Below, piece by piece: positions 9,276-18,353 of a DNA stretch of 64,000 bases (within the stretch, counting starts at the first letter, position 1; every line of letters begins with the position of its first letter). The DNA lies in the NCBI GenBank assembly GCA_965230975.1, contig OZ246402.1, forward strand, positions 800,859-864,858. The letters run 5' to 3'. The notes under the pieces are model-generated. The model saw nothing but the letters and a program-made list of their open reading frames with translations, had not been told where the DNA came from and searched no databases. Origin of the DNA: an uncultured Candidatus Saccharibacteria bacterium (lineage in GTDB: Bacteria > Patescibacteriota > Dojkabacteria > J137). A program made the position numbers and the translations under genes.

Positions 9276-9348
9276 GTGCCCGTAGCTCAGTGGATAGAGC
9301 AACTGCCTTCTAAGCAGTAGGTCATACGTTCGAATCGTATCGGGCATA
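9276..9348 (+). tRNA. tRNA-Arg (anticodon UCU)
   Basis: Acceptor GTGCCCG/CGGGCAT, anticodon arm ACTGC-CTTCTAA-GCAGT, T arm ATACG-TTCGAAT-CGTAT. Confidence 0.85.
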
Positions 9349-9658
9349 TATATACAAACACTACCCAGATATAAACATAGAAGTAAACATTGAGAATAGC
9401 AAAACACAAAAATTTATGACTCAACTTGCTTGGGATTCTGGACTATTACCTACAAATTGGAATCAGTTCATAGAAGAAGCTGATAGACTAATCAGAGAAG
9501 AAAATGAGGTTGATTTTAAATAAATAATCAAAGAATGCTATATTTCAATTCATTAATCCAATTAAATACAAATTATTAGCAAAGTCTAGTTATTTAGTAA
9601 ATTTACAACTAAAAGTATTAAGTGCTATGATCTTTGAATAAATTATTAAACCACTAAT

Positions 9659-10009
9659 ATGGATTTTTTAAGACTTAGAAATTTTCCACAAGAGGAACAA
9701 TTAGAGTTACTAAGAAAACTTAGAATGTTACTAAGAAATTTAGAAAAAGGAACCTCTGATACCAGATTATCTAAAACACAAATTCAGTTTCTACATGGAT
9801 TCACTGGAGATGTAAGAAATTATATACGCTATCAAGGAAATCTTGGATCATTCGCTTTTATTTCATTTAACCGGTTAAATAGTAAGGGTCTTTACACAGA
9901 TCCTGATGGGAACACTAAAATGGAAGAACAAACTGCTGCAGAGATTGTACCAGAAATTTACGAAATAGGCATTCTGTTAGGTCTTTACGATATAGTCACC
10001 GAAGGTTAA
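9659..10009 (+). CDS. hypothetical protein
   Basis: 116-codon ORF in an otherwise empty interval. No recognisable motif. Confidence 0.4.
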   Translation: MDFLRLRNFPQEEQLELLRKLRMLLRNLEKGTSDTRLSKTQIQFLHGFTGDVRNYIRYQGNLGSFAFISFNRLNSKGLYTDPDGNTKMEEQTAAEIVPEIYEIGILLGLYDIVTEG

Positions 10010-10142
10010 ACCTTCTTATAATAACAAACATTGACTAACTAAAATTCAAAGAGTAATCATTTAGTGAGATTTACTAGAATTTTTATGACTTTCTTTTGAA
10101 TGAGGCATATTTTCTTTAAGTTTGAAAAAGAAGTTATAAAAC

Positions 10143-11267
10143 TTAGTTACAAACATTTGTAATAATAGGGTTGCCTCCTTCACATGCATACGGACTCTTA
10201 CTTACTAAAAACCTGGTTTGAGATTTGTTCACACAAGACCCCCAATTTGAATATGAAAAACCAGAGCAAATACGTTTATAAATCTTGTGATTTGTAAGTG
10301 CTATTTGCCCTAAATAGTAATGTTTGTCTTTTAAAGTTTTACTATAATTTGCATTATTTACATCAAATAAGTCCCTAATGTTCATTCCTAAACCTGAGTC
10401 AGTTGTTTTATAAATAAAAGTCAACATCCCAACAACCCTATCATTAGATTTAGCTAAATCTGCATATAGGTCAAAATTTCTAACTAATGAGTTTACAGTT
10501 CCACTATTGTAAGCAAAACCATCTGGAATCAACCAAATCTTCATTCTTTGTGGCAATTTTGCAACCATCTTATTAAAATATTCCATATACTTTGCAAAAG
10601 TTGCTTGAGGATATTGAGTAAAATAGTAATCAAAACCATAGTCTGTTATGTAATCTAAGATCCCAGCATAACTTGTTAATGCTTTTTCTAAAACATCATA
10701 ACCTTCAACAACCATTAGGTTTGTTTTTGGCAAATCAAATCTAATTTTAAGCAAAACCTTTAATAACTGATCTTTGCTAACTCCATTATAAAAAGGTTCG
10801 TCAAAATATATTGCATATATAGAATCCTCATAACCTTTTACACCTTCAAGAAAATCATTCCATCTTTTTTCCCAGTTAGATGCAAGTACTGCACCTTGAC
10901 CATTACCACCAGCTTTCAAGTCTGCAAAAAACACCCACTGAACACCTATTATCGCTTTCTGATAAGTATTGGTAAACGCTTGCATTTTTGCAGTCAAATC
11001 AGGTTTGTTTACCTCATAAATATTACCTTGTGCAGTTTTTATAATCACAGGAGCTGAAAAGTGCCCAATATTATTAGACCTAAGTTTATAACTTTCTTGA
11101 ATATATTCAACACTATCTAAACCCATATAACCAAAATATTTTAAATTTTGATTTGTTGAATATGCAGATGAGCTGTCTGGCGAGAGGTTGCTATTAACAA
11201 AAACTACTGAAAGCACTATTGAGCCTATAGTTAAGAAAACTATTAAAATTAGTAAAGATTTTCGCAT
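10143..11267 (-). CDS. secreted hypothetical protein with Cys-rich C-terminus
   Basis: N-terminal signal anchor MRKSLLILIVFLTIGSIVL. The alternating beta/alpha-like pattern (YFDEPFYNG, MVVEGY, WLIPDGF) hints at a TIM-barrel hydrolase, but I cannot assign a family. Confidence 0.5.
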   Translation of the reverse strand: MRKSLLILIVFLTIGSIVLSVVFVNSNLSPDSSSAYSTNQNLKYFGYMGLDSVEYIQESYKLRSNNIGHFSAPVIIKTAQGNIYEVNKPDLTAKMQAFTNTYQKAIIGVQWVFFADLKAGGNGQGAVLASNWEKRWNDFLEGVKGYEDSIYAIYFDEPFYNGVSKDQLLKVLLKIRFDLPKTNLMVVEGYDVLEKALTSYAGILDYITDYGFDYYFTQYPQATFAKYMEYFNKMVAKLPQRMKIWLIPDGFAYNSGTVNSLVRNFDLYADLAKSNDRVVGMLTFIYKTTDSGLGMNIRDLFDVNNANYSKTLKDKHYYLGQIALTNHKIYKRICSGFSYSNWGSCVNKSQTRFLVSKSPYACEGGNPIITNVCN

Positions 11268-11402
11268 AATTAAAAATGATATTTATCTATTGATTCTATT
11301 TAATATTTATTTAAATTACAACAAAAAATAGATATTAAATTTCAATTTAATATTCGCAACTGTACAAATAAATCGAATGCACCTTTCTGTTAATAGTATC
11401 AA

Positions 11403-11431
11403 TTGACGAACTGATACTATAGGCGTAATAT
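11403..11431 (+). promoter_or_regulatory. sigma70-like promoter candidate TTGACG-17-TAATAT
   Basis: The hexamers are 17 nt apart, and the -10 ends 32 nt upstream of the ATG at 11464. AT-rich DNA makes chance matches likely. Confidence 0.35.
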
Positions 11432-11463
11432 CAATATAACGTATTTTTAATATTTATATTTTT

Positions 11464-12432
11464 ATGGATAAAAACATCCATTCAATAATAGAAAGAATCA
11501 CTGGGGCGGTGTTTCTAATATTCTTAGGTTGCATACTTTTACTAAACTCAACAGGTGCATTGCCATGGAGTATTTGGGGTAATCTGTTTATGACTTTTTT
11601 TAGAATATGGCCAATATTCTTAATATTTGCAGGGTTTCAAATAATATTTTCTAGCAATAAAATTGCCAAAAGCGTTTTTGATATTGCATGGACAATATTA
11701 ATTATTGGAATATTCTCACTATCTATACTTGCATCTATTGGCAAAATAACATTGCCTGAGTGGACAAATAGTATTGGATGGAATTTAAGCTTTACCAATG
11801 CAAATTCTGTAACTCAAACCCAAGAATTAAAGTTTGAAGATTATCAAGACGTTTCAACTTTAGCTTATGAAATAAACGTACAGGCTGGAGAATTCAATTT
11901 AAGCTCAACTGATAGTTCGAATGCATACCTTACAACTAAGGCAGAATACAAAGAAAATATTGGAACTCCCAAAAGTGTCGTAGAACAAACTGGCTCTGAC
12001 ATGCTTATTAAGTTTTATCAAGAATTTGAAGGGATTGCATTTGGTGCTAGCAATTTCAAATACGATTTAACATTAGATTCTAACGATAAACCTACCAAAA
12101 TAGATGCTCAAGTAACAGCTGGTGATTTAAAAGCAGACTTAAGTCTACTAAAATTAACAGACTTAAAATTTTTAATGACGGCAGGTGATGCAAGAATTAA
12201 AGTAGGAGAAGAGGTTAAAGATATCAATGTTAAAGTAACAGCTGGAAAATTAACTTTATTAGTTCCAGAAATTTATAGACTTGAAATTGATGCAAATTCT
12301 ACAGCAGGCGATATTGATGTAGATGGGAAAGAGATAAATAGCGGTTCTACTGTTATAAACTCAACTGGAGAAAAAACATTAAAACTTGATTTAACTCAAA
12401 CTGCAGGTTCTATTGAAATAGAAAGAATTTAA
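11464..12432 (+). CDS. membrane protein with DUF4097/LiaG-like beta-helical repeat domain
   Basis: N-terminal TM helices, then five repeats of an xTAG(D/K/S) strand motif (VTAGDLKADL, MTAGDARIKV, VTAGKLTLLV, STAGDIDVDG, QTAGSIEIE). Confidence 0.55.
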   Translation: MDKNIHSIIERITGAVFLIFLGCILLLNSTGALPWSIWGNLFMTFFRIWPIFLIFAGFQIIFSSNKIAKSVFDIAWTILIIGIFSLSILASIGKITLPEWTNSIGWNLSFTNANSVTQTQELKFEDYQDVSTLAYEINVQAGEFNLSSTDSSNAYLTTKAEYKENIGTPKSVVEQTGSDMLIKFYQEFEGIAFGASNFKYDLTLDSNDKPTKIDAQVTAGDLKADLSLLKLTDLKFLMTAGDARIKVGEEVKDINVKVTAGKLTLLVPEIYRLEIDANSTAGDIDVDGKEINSGSTVINSTGEKTLKLDLTQTAGSIEIERI

Positions 12433-12452
12433 TTATTTATTAATATTATATT

Positions 12453-13133
12453 ATGAAGTCAGATACTTTAACTAAGCTAATAATTGGAGGTTTTTTAATC
12501 TTCTTAGGATTAGGGTTTTTAGGTGACCAAATACCTGGTGTAAATTTTGGCAGAATCTTTGCAATCTTTTGGCCGGTAGTGGTTATGTTAATTGGCTTAT
12601 ACATTATTTTAAAGACAAGAAGTCAGTTTTTTATTGGATCTATTGTAATGTTGTTGGGAGGGCTTTGGTTAGTAGATCAATTTATTGACTTACCATTTTC
12701 TATTTGGAATTTATGGCCTTTAGTTTTAATAGTTATAGGTTTAAGAATAATTTTCCCTGGTAAGGGTGGTAAATTTAACTATATTAACTCAAGTACTGTA
12801 ACAGACGATACTTTTGAATCTACAGCGGTTTTTTGGGGAGATAGTAGAAAAATAAAAAGCGAAAATTTAAAGATGGGTAAGATTACAGCAATTTTTGGAG
12901 GGAGTGAAATTGACTTAAGAGATGCAAATATTGCAAAAGATGGTGCAAATGTCGAGATTGTGGCAATGTTTGGTGGTGTTAGTGTTAAGGTTAACGAAAA
13001 TACTTTGGTAAAAAGTGATGGGTTAGGTGTATTTGGTGGATTTGAAGATAAATCTGCAAAACCAGCTAAGCCAAATGGGACAATAGTTATTAAAGGTTCT
13101 GCAATTTTTGGTGGAGTAGAGGTGAAGAATTAA
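12453..13133 (+). CDS. LiaF-like cell-envelope stress protein (DUF2154-type C-terminal domain)
   Basis: Four TM helices, then AIFGGSEIDLRDA, VAMFGGVSVKV and AIFGGVEVKN repeats. Confidence 0.6.
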   Translation: MKSDTLTKLIIGGFLIFLGLGFLGDQIPGVNFGRIFAIFWPVVVMLIGLYIILKTRSQFFIGSIVMLLGGLWLVDQFIDLPFSIWNLWPLVLIVIGLRIIFPGKGGKFNYINSSTVTDDTFESTAVFWGDSRKIKSENLKMGKITAIFGGSEIDLRDANIAKDGANVEIVAMFGGVSVKVNENTLVKSDGLGVFGGFEDKSAKPAKPNGTIVIKGSAIFGGVEVKN

Positions 13134-13169
13134 TAGATTTATTTGATTCTAGGATTTCTTTAGAAATTT

Positions 13170-13203
13170 ATACCGTCTCGATTTATCGAGACGGTATTTT
13201 TTT
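13170..13203 (+). terminator. rho-independent terminator
   Basis: 12-bp perfect stem ATACCGTCTCGA / TCGAGACGGTAT, loop TTTA, followed by T7. Confidence 0.75.
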
Positions 13204-13221
13204 GAAGAATATGCGAAAAAA

Positions 13222-13509
13222 TTAGGACTCTTTACTATTTGGAATAATAACTAGACCTAATTCTGTTGATCCATCAAATTTAACATCAAAGTCCTCTTGT
13301 GACACAGGTGTGCCTAATAGGTTTGGAGATTGGGCCATTTCTGTTTGTATACCCATTGCGGTTCTCCATCTTAAAAGAAATAAAGTTCTAATAAATTGTA
13401 TTCTTTTCTCATCAGGTAAATTCAATATATCCTGTTTATCTTGAGCACTTAAGCGTGCAAACATTCGCATTGCACTCTCGTCATTAAAAAATGAGGGGAA
13501 ATCTTCCAT
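13222..13509 (-). CDS. hypothetical protein
   Basis: 95-codon ORF between the terminator and a divergent intergenic region. No motif recognised. Confidence 0.4.
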   Translation of the reverse strand: MEDFPSFFNDESAMRMFARLSAQDKQDILNLPDEKRIQFIRTLFLLRWRTAMGIQTEMAQSPNLLGTPVSQEDFDVKFDGSTELGLVIIPNSKES

Positions 13510-13588
13510 AATTCTAAATTAAATATTATATATAATATAGCATATCAGATTTAACCCATATAACTTAAATTATTAGTAATTAGTTCTT

Positions 13589-13675
13589 AACACTACATAA
13601 ACAGTGTCAAAACAGTGCTAAATCTGGTTGATTTTAGGTCGGATTTAGCACTACTTCAGCACTGTTTATGTATCC
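13589..13675 (+). repeat. copy 1 of a ~88-nt imperfect palindromic element
   Basis: Outer arms TACATAAACAGTG / CACTGTTTATGTA and inner arms AGTGCTAAATC / GATTTAGCACT. It lies 66 nt upstream of the GNAT ATG. Confidence 0.8.
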
Positions 13676-13740
13676 ATCTAATTGTAATATTTCAAATAAG
13701 TTCATTTAACAAAATAGCTATAAATTAAATCTTTACTATC

Positions 13741-14475
13741 ATGTATAATTACTATATGGGTAAACTCTCAATAAAAATTGCATTCACAGAGGATGAATAT
13801 CTAGAATTCTACAACATTTATACAGATGCATTTAAAAATGAACCTGACGAAATTTTTAGCAAAGAAGAAGTACTCAAGTGGATAGATGAAACGGAAGACT
13901 ATGCAAATACCAAAATCTTTTTACTTTTAAAAGACAATATAACAGTTGGATTTGCAATATTGATGCATAAAGATGGAATAGGAAACATACCTTGGGCTGG
14001 AATAAAGTCCCAATATCAGGGCCATGGATTATATTCTCAATTTATTAACCTAATGATAGATACTATTTTTAATGAGTTAAACATTAATATTCTTACAAGA
14101 GAGTGTGATAACCCAGAAGTATTAGAAGGCAATGTAAAAAAGTTTGCTATAAAAAGATTGTCTATGTTTAGAGAAAAACTAAATAGTAAATTTTATAATA
14201 ACAACGAGTTTGTATATTTTAGAGAAGACCCTAAATCACCAAACGAAAGAACTTATAAGTACTTGTTTGGATTCACACTATTAAAACCTAATTCAAACTG
14301 GGAAATTACTAATAATAAAGTTAGTAAAAAAGATTTTAAGAAATTAGTTCAATATAGAATTTTCTTTGAAAGAGGTATTTTTGAAATTGAAAAACAATTA
14401 CAAAGTAACCCGGTTGTTAAAGATTTATACCAAGAGATTGATAACTTGAAAGAGGAGTATTTAACTATAGAATAA
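13741..14475 (+). CDS. GNAT-family N-acetyltransferase (putative)
   Basis: VGFAILM beta strand followed by a Q/RxxGxG/A-like motif, QYQGHGLYS. Confidence 0.5.
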   Translation: MYNYYMGKLSIKIAFTEDEYLEFYNIYTDAFKNEPDEIFSKEEVLKWIDETEDYANTKIFLLLKDNITVGFAILMHKDGIGNIPWAGIKSQYQGHGLYSQFINLMIDTIFNELNINILTRECDNPEVLEGNVKKFAIKRLSMFREKLNSKFYNNNEFVYFREDPKSPNERTYKYLFGFTLLKPNSNWEITNNKVSKKDFKKLVQYRIFFERGIFEIEKQLQSNPVVKDLYQEIDNLKEEYLTIE

Positions 14476-14476
14476 A

Positions 14477-15439
14477 TCAAAAGCTTGCTACCTTATTCTT
14501 AATTAATTCTTTTATAGATTCTAATGAATCTATATCATAAACAGAGCAAGTTAATACATCTTTATTAACCATTTTTAATTCTTTTAATTTTTGAGCAACT
14601 ACATCTGGTTTTACTAAATCTGTTTTAGTTAACAACACAACTTCTGGCTTGTTATATAAATCCAAGTCAATATTCTTAAGCTCAGCTCTAATTTTTTTGT
14701 ATTCTTCAACAACGTTTTCGTTTTCACAACTTACTAAGTGCATAACAAACTTTGCACTTCGGGTATGTTTAACAAAACTTGTACCTAAACCTTTACCTTC
14801 AAAGGTGCCTTCAATTAGTCCCGGCAAGTCCATAATGGTGATTCCGTTAAGTCTACCTAGTTGAGGGTTTAAAGTTGTAAAGGCGTAAGATGCAACTTTG
14901 CTTTGTGCGTTTGTAATCGAATTTAACAGTGAGGACTTGCCGGCGTTGGGAAACCCTATTAAAAGCACATCACTATATAGTTCTAATTCTAAATTGGCAT
15001 CTAAAACTTCACCTTCTTTTCCTTCATCAGATCTATGCAAATTTTCAATTCCTTTTGTTCTGTAAAAATGATTACCTAAACCACCAAGGCCACCCTTTAC
15101 TATTAATTCTCTTTGTCCATCTTTAGATATAGAAAATAATAAATTGCCGTGTTTATCATAAATGTTCGAGGTTAAAGGAACCTTCATTATAATATCTTTA
15201 CCGTTTTTTCCTGTAAGATTTTTGTCACCTCCTGGTTGGCCGTTTTCTGCTTTGATTGTAAAGTCTAAGTATATTGAGTTTAAATCATAAGTAATTGCAG
15301 ATCCTTCTACATAAATGGAACCACCATTGCCCCCAATTCCTCCTTCTGGGTTTCGACCTTTGTAAAAGGCAATGGCTCCGTGGCCACCTTTGCCGGCAAT
15401 AAATTTTAATCCTATTTTGTCTTTAAATTTTTTATCCAT
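14477..15439 (-). CDS. obg: GTPase Obg/CgtA (short form)
   Basis: Gly-rich Obg fold (GGHGAIAF, GGNGGSIY, GGLGGLGN), G1 GFPNAGKSS, G3 DLPGLIEG, G4 TKTD. Confidence 0.9.
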   Translation of the reverse strand: MDKKFKDKIGLKFIAGKGGHGAIAFYKGRNPEGGIGGNGGSIYVEGSAITYDLNSIYLDFTIKAENGQPGGDKNLTGKNGKDIIMKVPLTSNIYDKHGNLLFSISKDGQRELIVKGGLGGLGNHFYRTKGIENLHRSDEGKEGEVLDANLELELYSDVLLIGFPNAGKSSLLNSITNAQSKVASYAFTTLNPQLGRLNGITIMDLPGLIEGTFEGKGLGTSFVKHTRSAKFVMHLVSCENENVVEEYKKIRAELKNIDLDLYNKPEVVLLTKTDLVKPDVVAQKLKELKMVNKDVLTCSVYDIDSLESIKELIKNKVASF

Positions 15440-15649
15440 AATTAATCTTATTGAAAATATTTAGTTACCGATTGTTGTATTTCTATAGGGTGCTACTATA
15501 ACATATTTACTTAATAAGTAGGATAGCAGATTTAAACAAAAATAGTAATTCAGTTTACAGTAAACTATAAACTGTTTTAAATTAAATAAAATTATCCTTA
15601 AATTGTGTAAGTGTTAATTTTCCTAGATAATAAGTCTGTTTTTTAAACG

Positions 15650-15738
15650 GTCATTACAGAAACGGTGCTAATACAGTGCTAAAACAAAGCTAAAAACGGT
15701 CAAATTTAGCACTGTTATGACACTGTTTATGTAGTGTT
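15650..15738 (-). repeat. copy 2 of the ~88-nt palindromic element (inverted relative to copy 1)
   Basis: The reverse complement begins AACACTACATAAACAGTGTCATAACAGTGCTAAAT, and by hand alignment about four fifths of positions match copy 1. It lies ~210 nt upstream of the obg ATG. Confidence 0.8.
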
Positions 15739-15820
15739 ATGAGATACAACATTAGCTAAGTTCTTAGTTTAAGTATCAATATTTGTTTGGAGAGATAAAA
15801 CATCTCAAATATGAAGATAT

Positions 15821-15845
15821 AAAACTGCCAGCATTTCGCTGGCAG
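15821..15845 (-). terminator. rho-independent terminator downstream of the heliorhodopsin gene
   Basis: 8-bp GC-rich stem CTGCCAGC / GCTGGCAG with a 5-nt loop. On the minus strand it is followed by TTTTATAT. Confidence 0.6.
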
Positions 15846-15879
15846 TAATTTATCTTCAACAACTAGGATTTAGCAAATA

Positions 15880-16656
15880 TTATTGTGGCCTTAAAGTTCC
15901 GCTAAAGATTTGCCAAGCTAGGGCACTTTTAGCAACCAAACTTAAGATTATGTACATTCTTTCTCCAAAAATATAGCTTTTCCATGGTCCAACTTTTTTG
16001 TATTGCAAGAACATGTTTAAAGCAAATATATTAAAGAAAATGAATATAGAAGCCAAGATTGCGTATACAAAGCTTGGAATATTTGTACTTACAGATTGAA
16101 CTGCTCCGTAAAAATACATTCCAACTGCAACCCAAGGCACTATTCCTGCAAAGCAACCGAAAATGTAAGATGTCCAATTTGTTTTTTCTGTAGTTTGATT
16201 ATGAAGTTCCATCATTAAACCAAATAGGTTCATTGTTGCGTTTAAAGCAAATATTAAAATCAAGCTTGGTAAATCAAACATTCCGCACAATATTGCGATT
16301 GCTACAATCATTACGCTAGAACTTAATGCGTATTCGTACCATCTTAAATAGTTGATTTTCTTTTTTAAGTTTTTAACATACCATTCGTTTATTCCAGGCA
16401 ATATTATTAAAAAGTGAAAGAATGCAGATAAGAATAAGAATACTGCTATAAATTGACCTAGATTTAGTTTTAAAGCCTCTTGTGTCACCGGTAAAACTGT
16501 TCTTGCTTGAATATTAAAGTCTAGATATGTTGTTGTTAGTGGTATTTGAAAGTCTTTACTAACAAGCAACATCGCAATTCCTTGCACCAAGTGCAACACA
16601 AACATTACCGCATTGAATATGCGTAAGTTCTTAAATGTACGAGCTTCTTTATCCAT
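15880..16656 (-). CDS. heR: heliorhodopsin
   Basis: Seven TM helices with long collinear matches to the prototype HeR 48C12 as I recall it: RWYEYALSSSVMIV (counterion Glu), FGCFAGIVPWV, and LSLVAKSALAWQIFSGTL (retinal Lys). Conserved His residues sit in VLHLVQG and AFFHFLI. Confidence 0.9.
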   Translation of the reverse strand: MDKEARTFKNLRIFNAVMFVLHLVQGIAMLLVSKDFQIPLTTTYLDFNIQARTVLPVTQEALKLNLGQFIAVFLFLSAFFHFLIILPGINEWYVKNLKKKINYLRWYEYALSSSVMIVAIAILCGMFDLPSLILIFALNATMNLFGLMMELHNQTTEKTNWTSYIFGCFAGIVPWVAVGMYFYGAVQSVSTNIPSFVYAILASIFIFFNIFALNMFLQYKKVGPWKSYIFGERMYIILSLVAKSALAWQIFSGTLRPQ

Positions 16657-16688
16657 AAATGGAATAAAAATAATAGGTAAGTACTATT

Positions 16689-16717
16689 ATGGTAGATAAA
16701 TGCGGGAGGGAAGTCAA
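16689..16717 (-). promoter_or_regulatory. promoter candidate TTGACT-17-TACCAT for the heliorhodopsin gene
   Basis: Read on the minus strand, the -10 ends 32 nt upstream of the ATG at 16656. If real, heR has its own promoter. Confidence 0.3.
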
Positions 16718-16729
16718 ACTTTAAAAGGC

Positions 16730-17305
16730 TTAACCTTCTTTATTTAATTTATATTGTTCGTAAACTAAATCTTCTTCTTTTGCAGAGAGTAGATTCATCG
16801 ATTTTAATCCAGTAATAATTTCTAAAATTCCTTTTTTGCCTATTCCTATTACAGGAAACTCATCTGTACCATGCAATAACTGGTATTTTACATAACCCAC
16901 TAAATGATATTTCTTTCTTTTTAAAACATTATGATAAATTGTAGATAGATTTAATGTGTCAATACTTACAGAAGGGTATTTCTCACTATTATTTTCACCT
17001 ATCAAGCTAATTATAATTGACTCGGTGTTTTGTATATTTACGGTTTTTAAGACTAAACCCGCTTCTAATCTATCTATATACCCTCTGTTAAACAAATTAA
17101 CTATTAGGTCTTGATATGATTCTCTAAACCCACCTGGAATATCTACAAGACCACCATTTCTAAAGTATCTTAGTCGTTTTAGTAAATCAGCAATCGTATA
17201 AATCCCTTTAGATTTTAAATGATCAATAAAATTATCTGGTAGTTCTAAAACTGCAATATCTAAATTTGTATCTTTATTTTGTAAGTAATCTGGTTGTGAA
17301 CTCAT
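16730..17305 (-). CDS. protein with two RNA polymerase alpha-CTD-like helix-hairpin-helix modules (short paralog)
   Basis: LELPDNFIDHLKSKGIYTIADLL and LNLSTIYHNVLKRKKYHLVGYV...IGIGKKGILEIITGLKSMNL follow the RpoA CTD pattern LxLSVRxxNCLKxxxIxxIGDL...NLGKKSLxEI. Confidence 0.65.
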   Translation of the reverse strand: MSSQPDYLQNKDTNLDIAVLELPDNFIDHLKSKGIYTIADLLKRLRYFRNGGLVDIPGGFRESYQDLIVNLFNRGYIDRLEAGLVLKTVNIQNTESIIISLIGENNSEKYPSVSIDTLNLSTIYHNVLKRKKYHLVGYVKYQLLHGTDEFPVIGIGKKGILEIITGLKSMNLLSAKEEDLVYEQYKLNKEG

Positions 17306-17339
17306 TTTATGGATATTAACTTGGTTGCATACTACTTTT

Positions 17340-18251
17340 CTATACTTCTAAAGGAATATCATATTTAGCTAATATTTGGATAAACTGATCTTGAGTAATA
17401 TACCCTTTCTGAATTAATTGGCTTGCTATCTCTTTAATTGATTTTTTTGAAAATTGGTTTAAAAGTAGTGGAGTTGATATTTCAAGCAACATGAATTTAA
17501 TCTCACCAACTGTGTGGTAACCATTTATGAATAAATTAAAGTGTAAACTTGAATCTAAGGATAGCGCACCCAATGGAATTTCCGGATATTCCTCGCTTGT
17601 ATTGGCTCCTAATAACCTAATTAAATCCAATTGTCCTGCACCTCTATTTAAACACTTAATGTATACTTCGGCTTCTATTCTGCTAAATAAGTTCATTTTA
17701 TAAAGTTTAGCAATACAGTCGCTAAAATCGTAAGGTGTAGAACCATTATCTATTCTTATTCCTCGCTTGACTAAAGACTTTAGAAGGTCCATAAGTTGAC
17801 CGACAGTATTAATATTGCTTTGATTGACAAGGCTTTGTAAGTCCTCATTTAAATCTAGCACACTTACATTGAGGGCTGCTGCATCTTCAGGGGATATTGG
17901 TTGACTTAGTAAGTAGTCTTTAAAGTCTGCTACTGTTAAGGTGGCAATATCGGGCAAAGTTTGTTGTATATCTGAAAGTAGTCTTATAACTTGTGCATGC
18001 TTTGTGGTATCTACTTCACCTTCATTTGCCAATACTTGGATTTTTGCTAATGCTAATGCTTTTATTGCTGGGAATTCCGGATTGATATTTGGGTTATTTG
18101 CTACATAGTTAAGGTAGCTAGCTATTGATATATCTGTAAAGCCGGCATCTAGTAATTGTTTTATTTGTAATTCCAAAACTGTATTACTTGTTGGGGGGAT
18201 TACATCCGGATCCTGTAATCGTGTATAAACTGGGAAATGCTGAAATGCCAT
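17340..18251 (-). CDS. alpha-CTD-like double-module protein (long paralog 2)
   Basis: The C-terminal ~190 aa are collinear with ORF 16730-17305 (RIEAEVYIKCL, LLGANTSEEYPEIPL, LSLDSSLHFNLFINGYHTVGEI). I prefer the ATG at 18251 over GTG 18287 because it aligns with the N-terminus of paralog 1. Confidence 0.6.
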   Translation of the reverse strand: MAFQHFPVYTRLQDPDVIPPTSNTVLELQIKQLLDAGFTDISIASYLNYVANNPNINPEFPAIKALALAKIQVLANEGEVDTTKHAQVIRLLSDIQQTLPDIATLTVADFKDYLLSQPISPEDAAALNVSVLDLNEDLQSLVNQSNINTVGQLMDLLKSLVKRGIRIDNGSTPYDFSDCIAKLYKMNLFSRIEAEVYIKCLNRGAGQLDLIRLLGANTSEEYPEIPLGALSLDSSLHFNLFINGYHTVGEIKFMLLEISTPLLLNQFSKKSIKEIASQLIQKGYITQDQFIQILAKYDIPLEV

Positions 18252-18353
18252 ATCAAGTTGAGTAATATGTATACTCGATATTAACACCTTGTTACTAATT
18301 TAGACAATCAGTTTTGTCATATCTTTTGCGTAACAAAGGTGGATAATTATTAG

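Noticed and set aside
15552-15566. Perfect 15-nt palindrome AGTTTACAGTAAACT upstream of obg.
   Set aside because: A 7-bp inverted repeat is expected by chance several times in 64 kb of AT-rich DNA, and I saw no second copy or conservation signal. I kept only the much longer duplicated element nearby.
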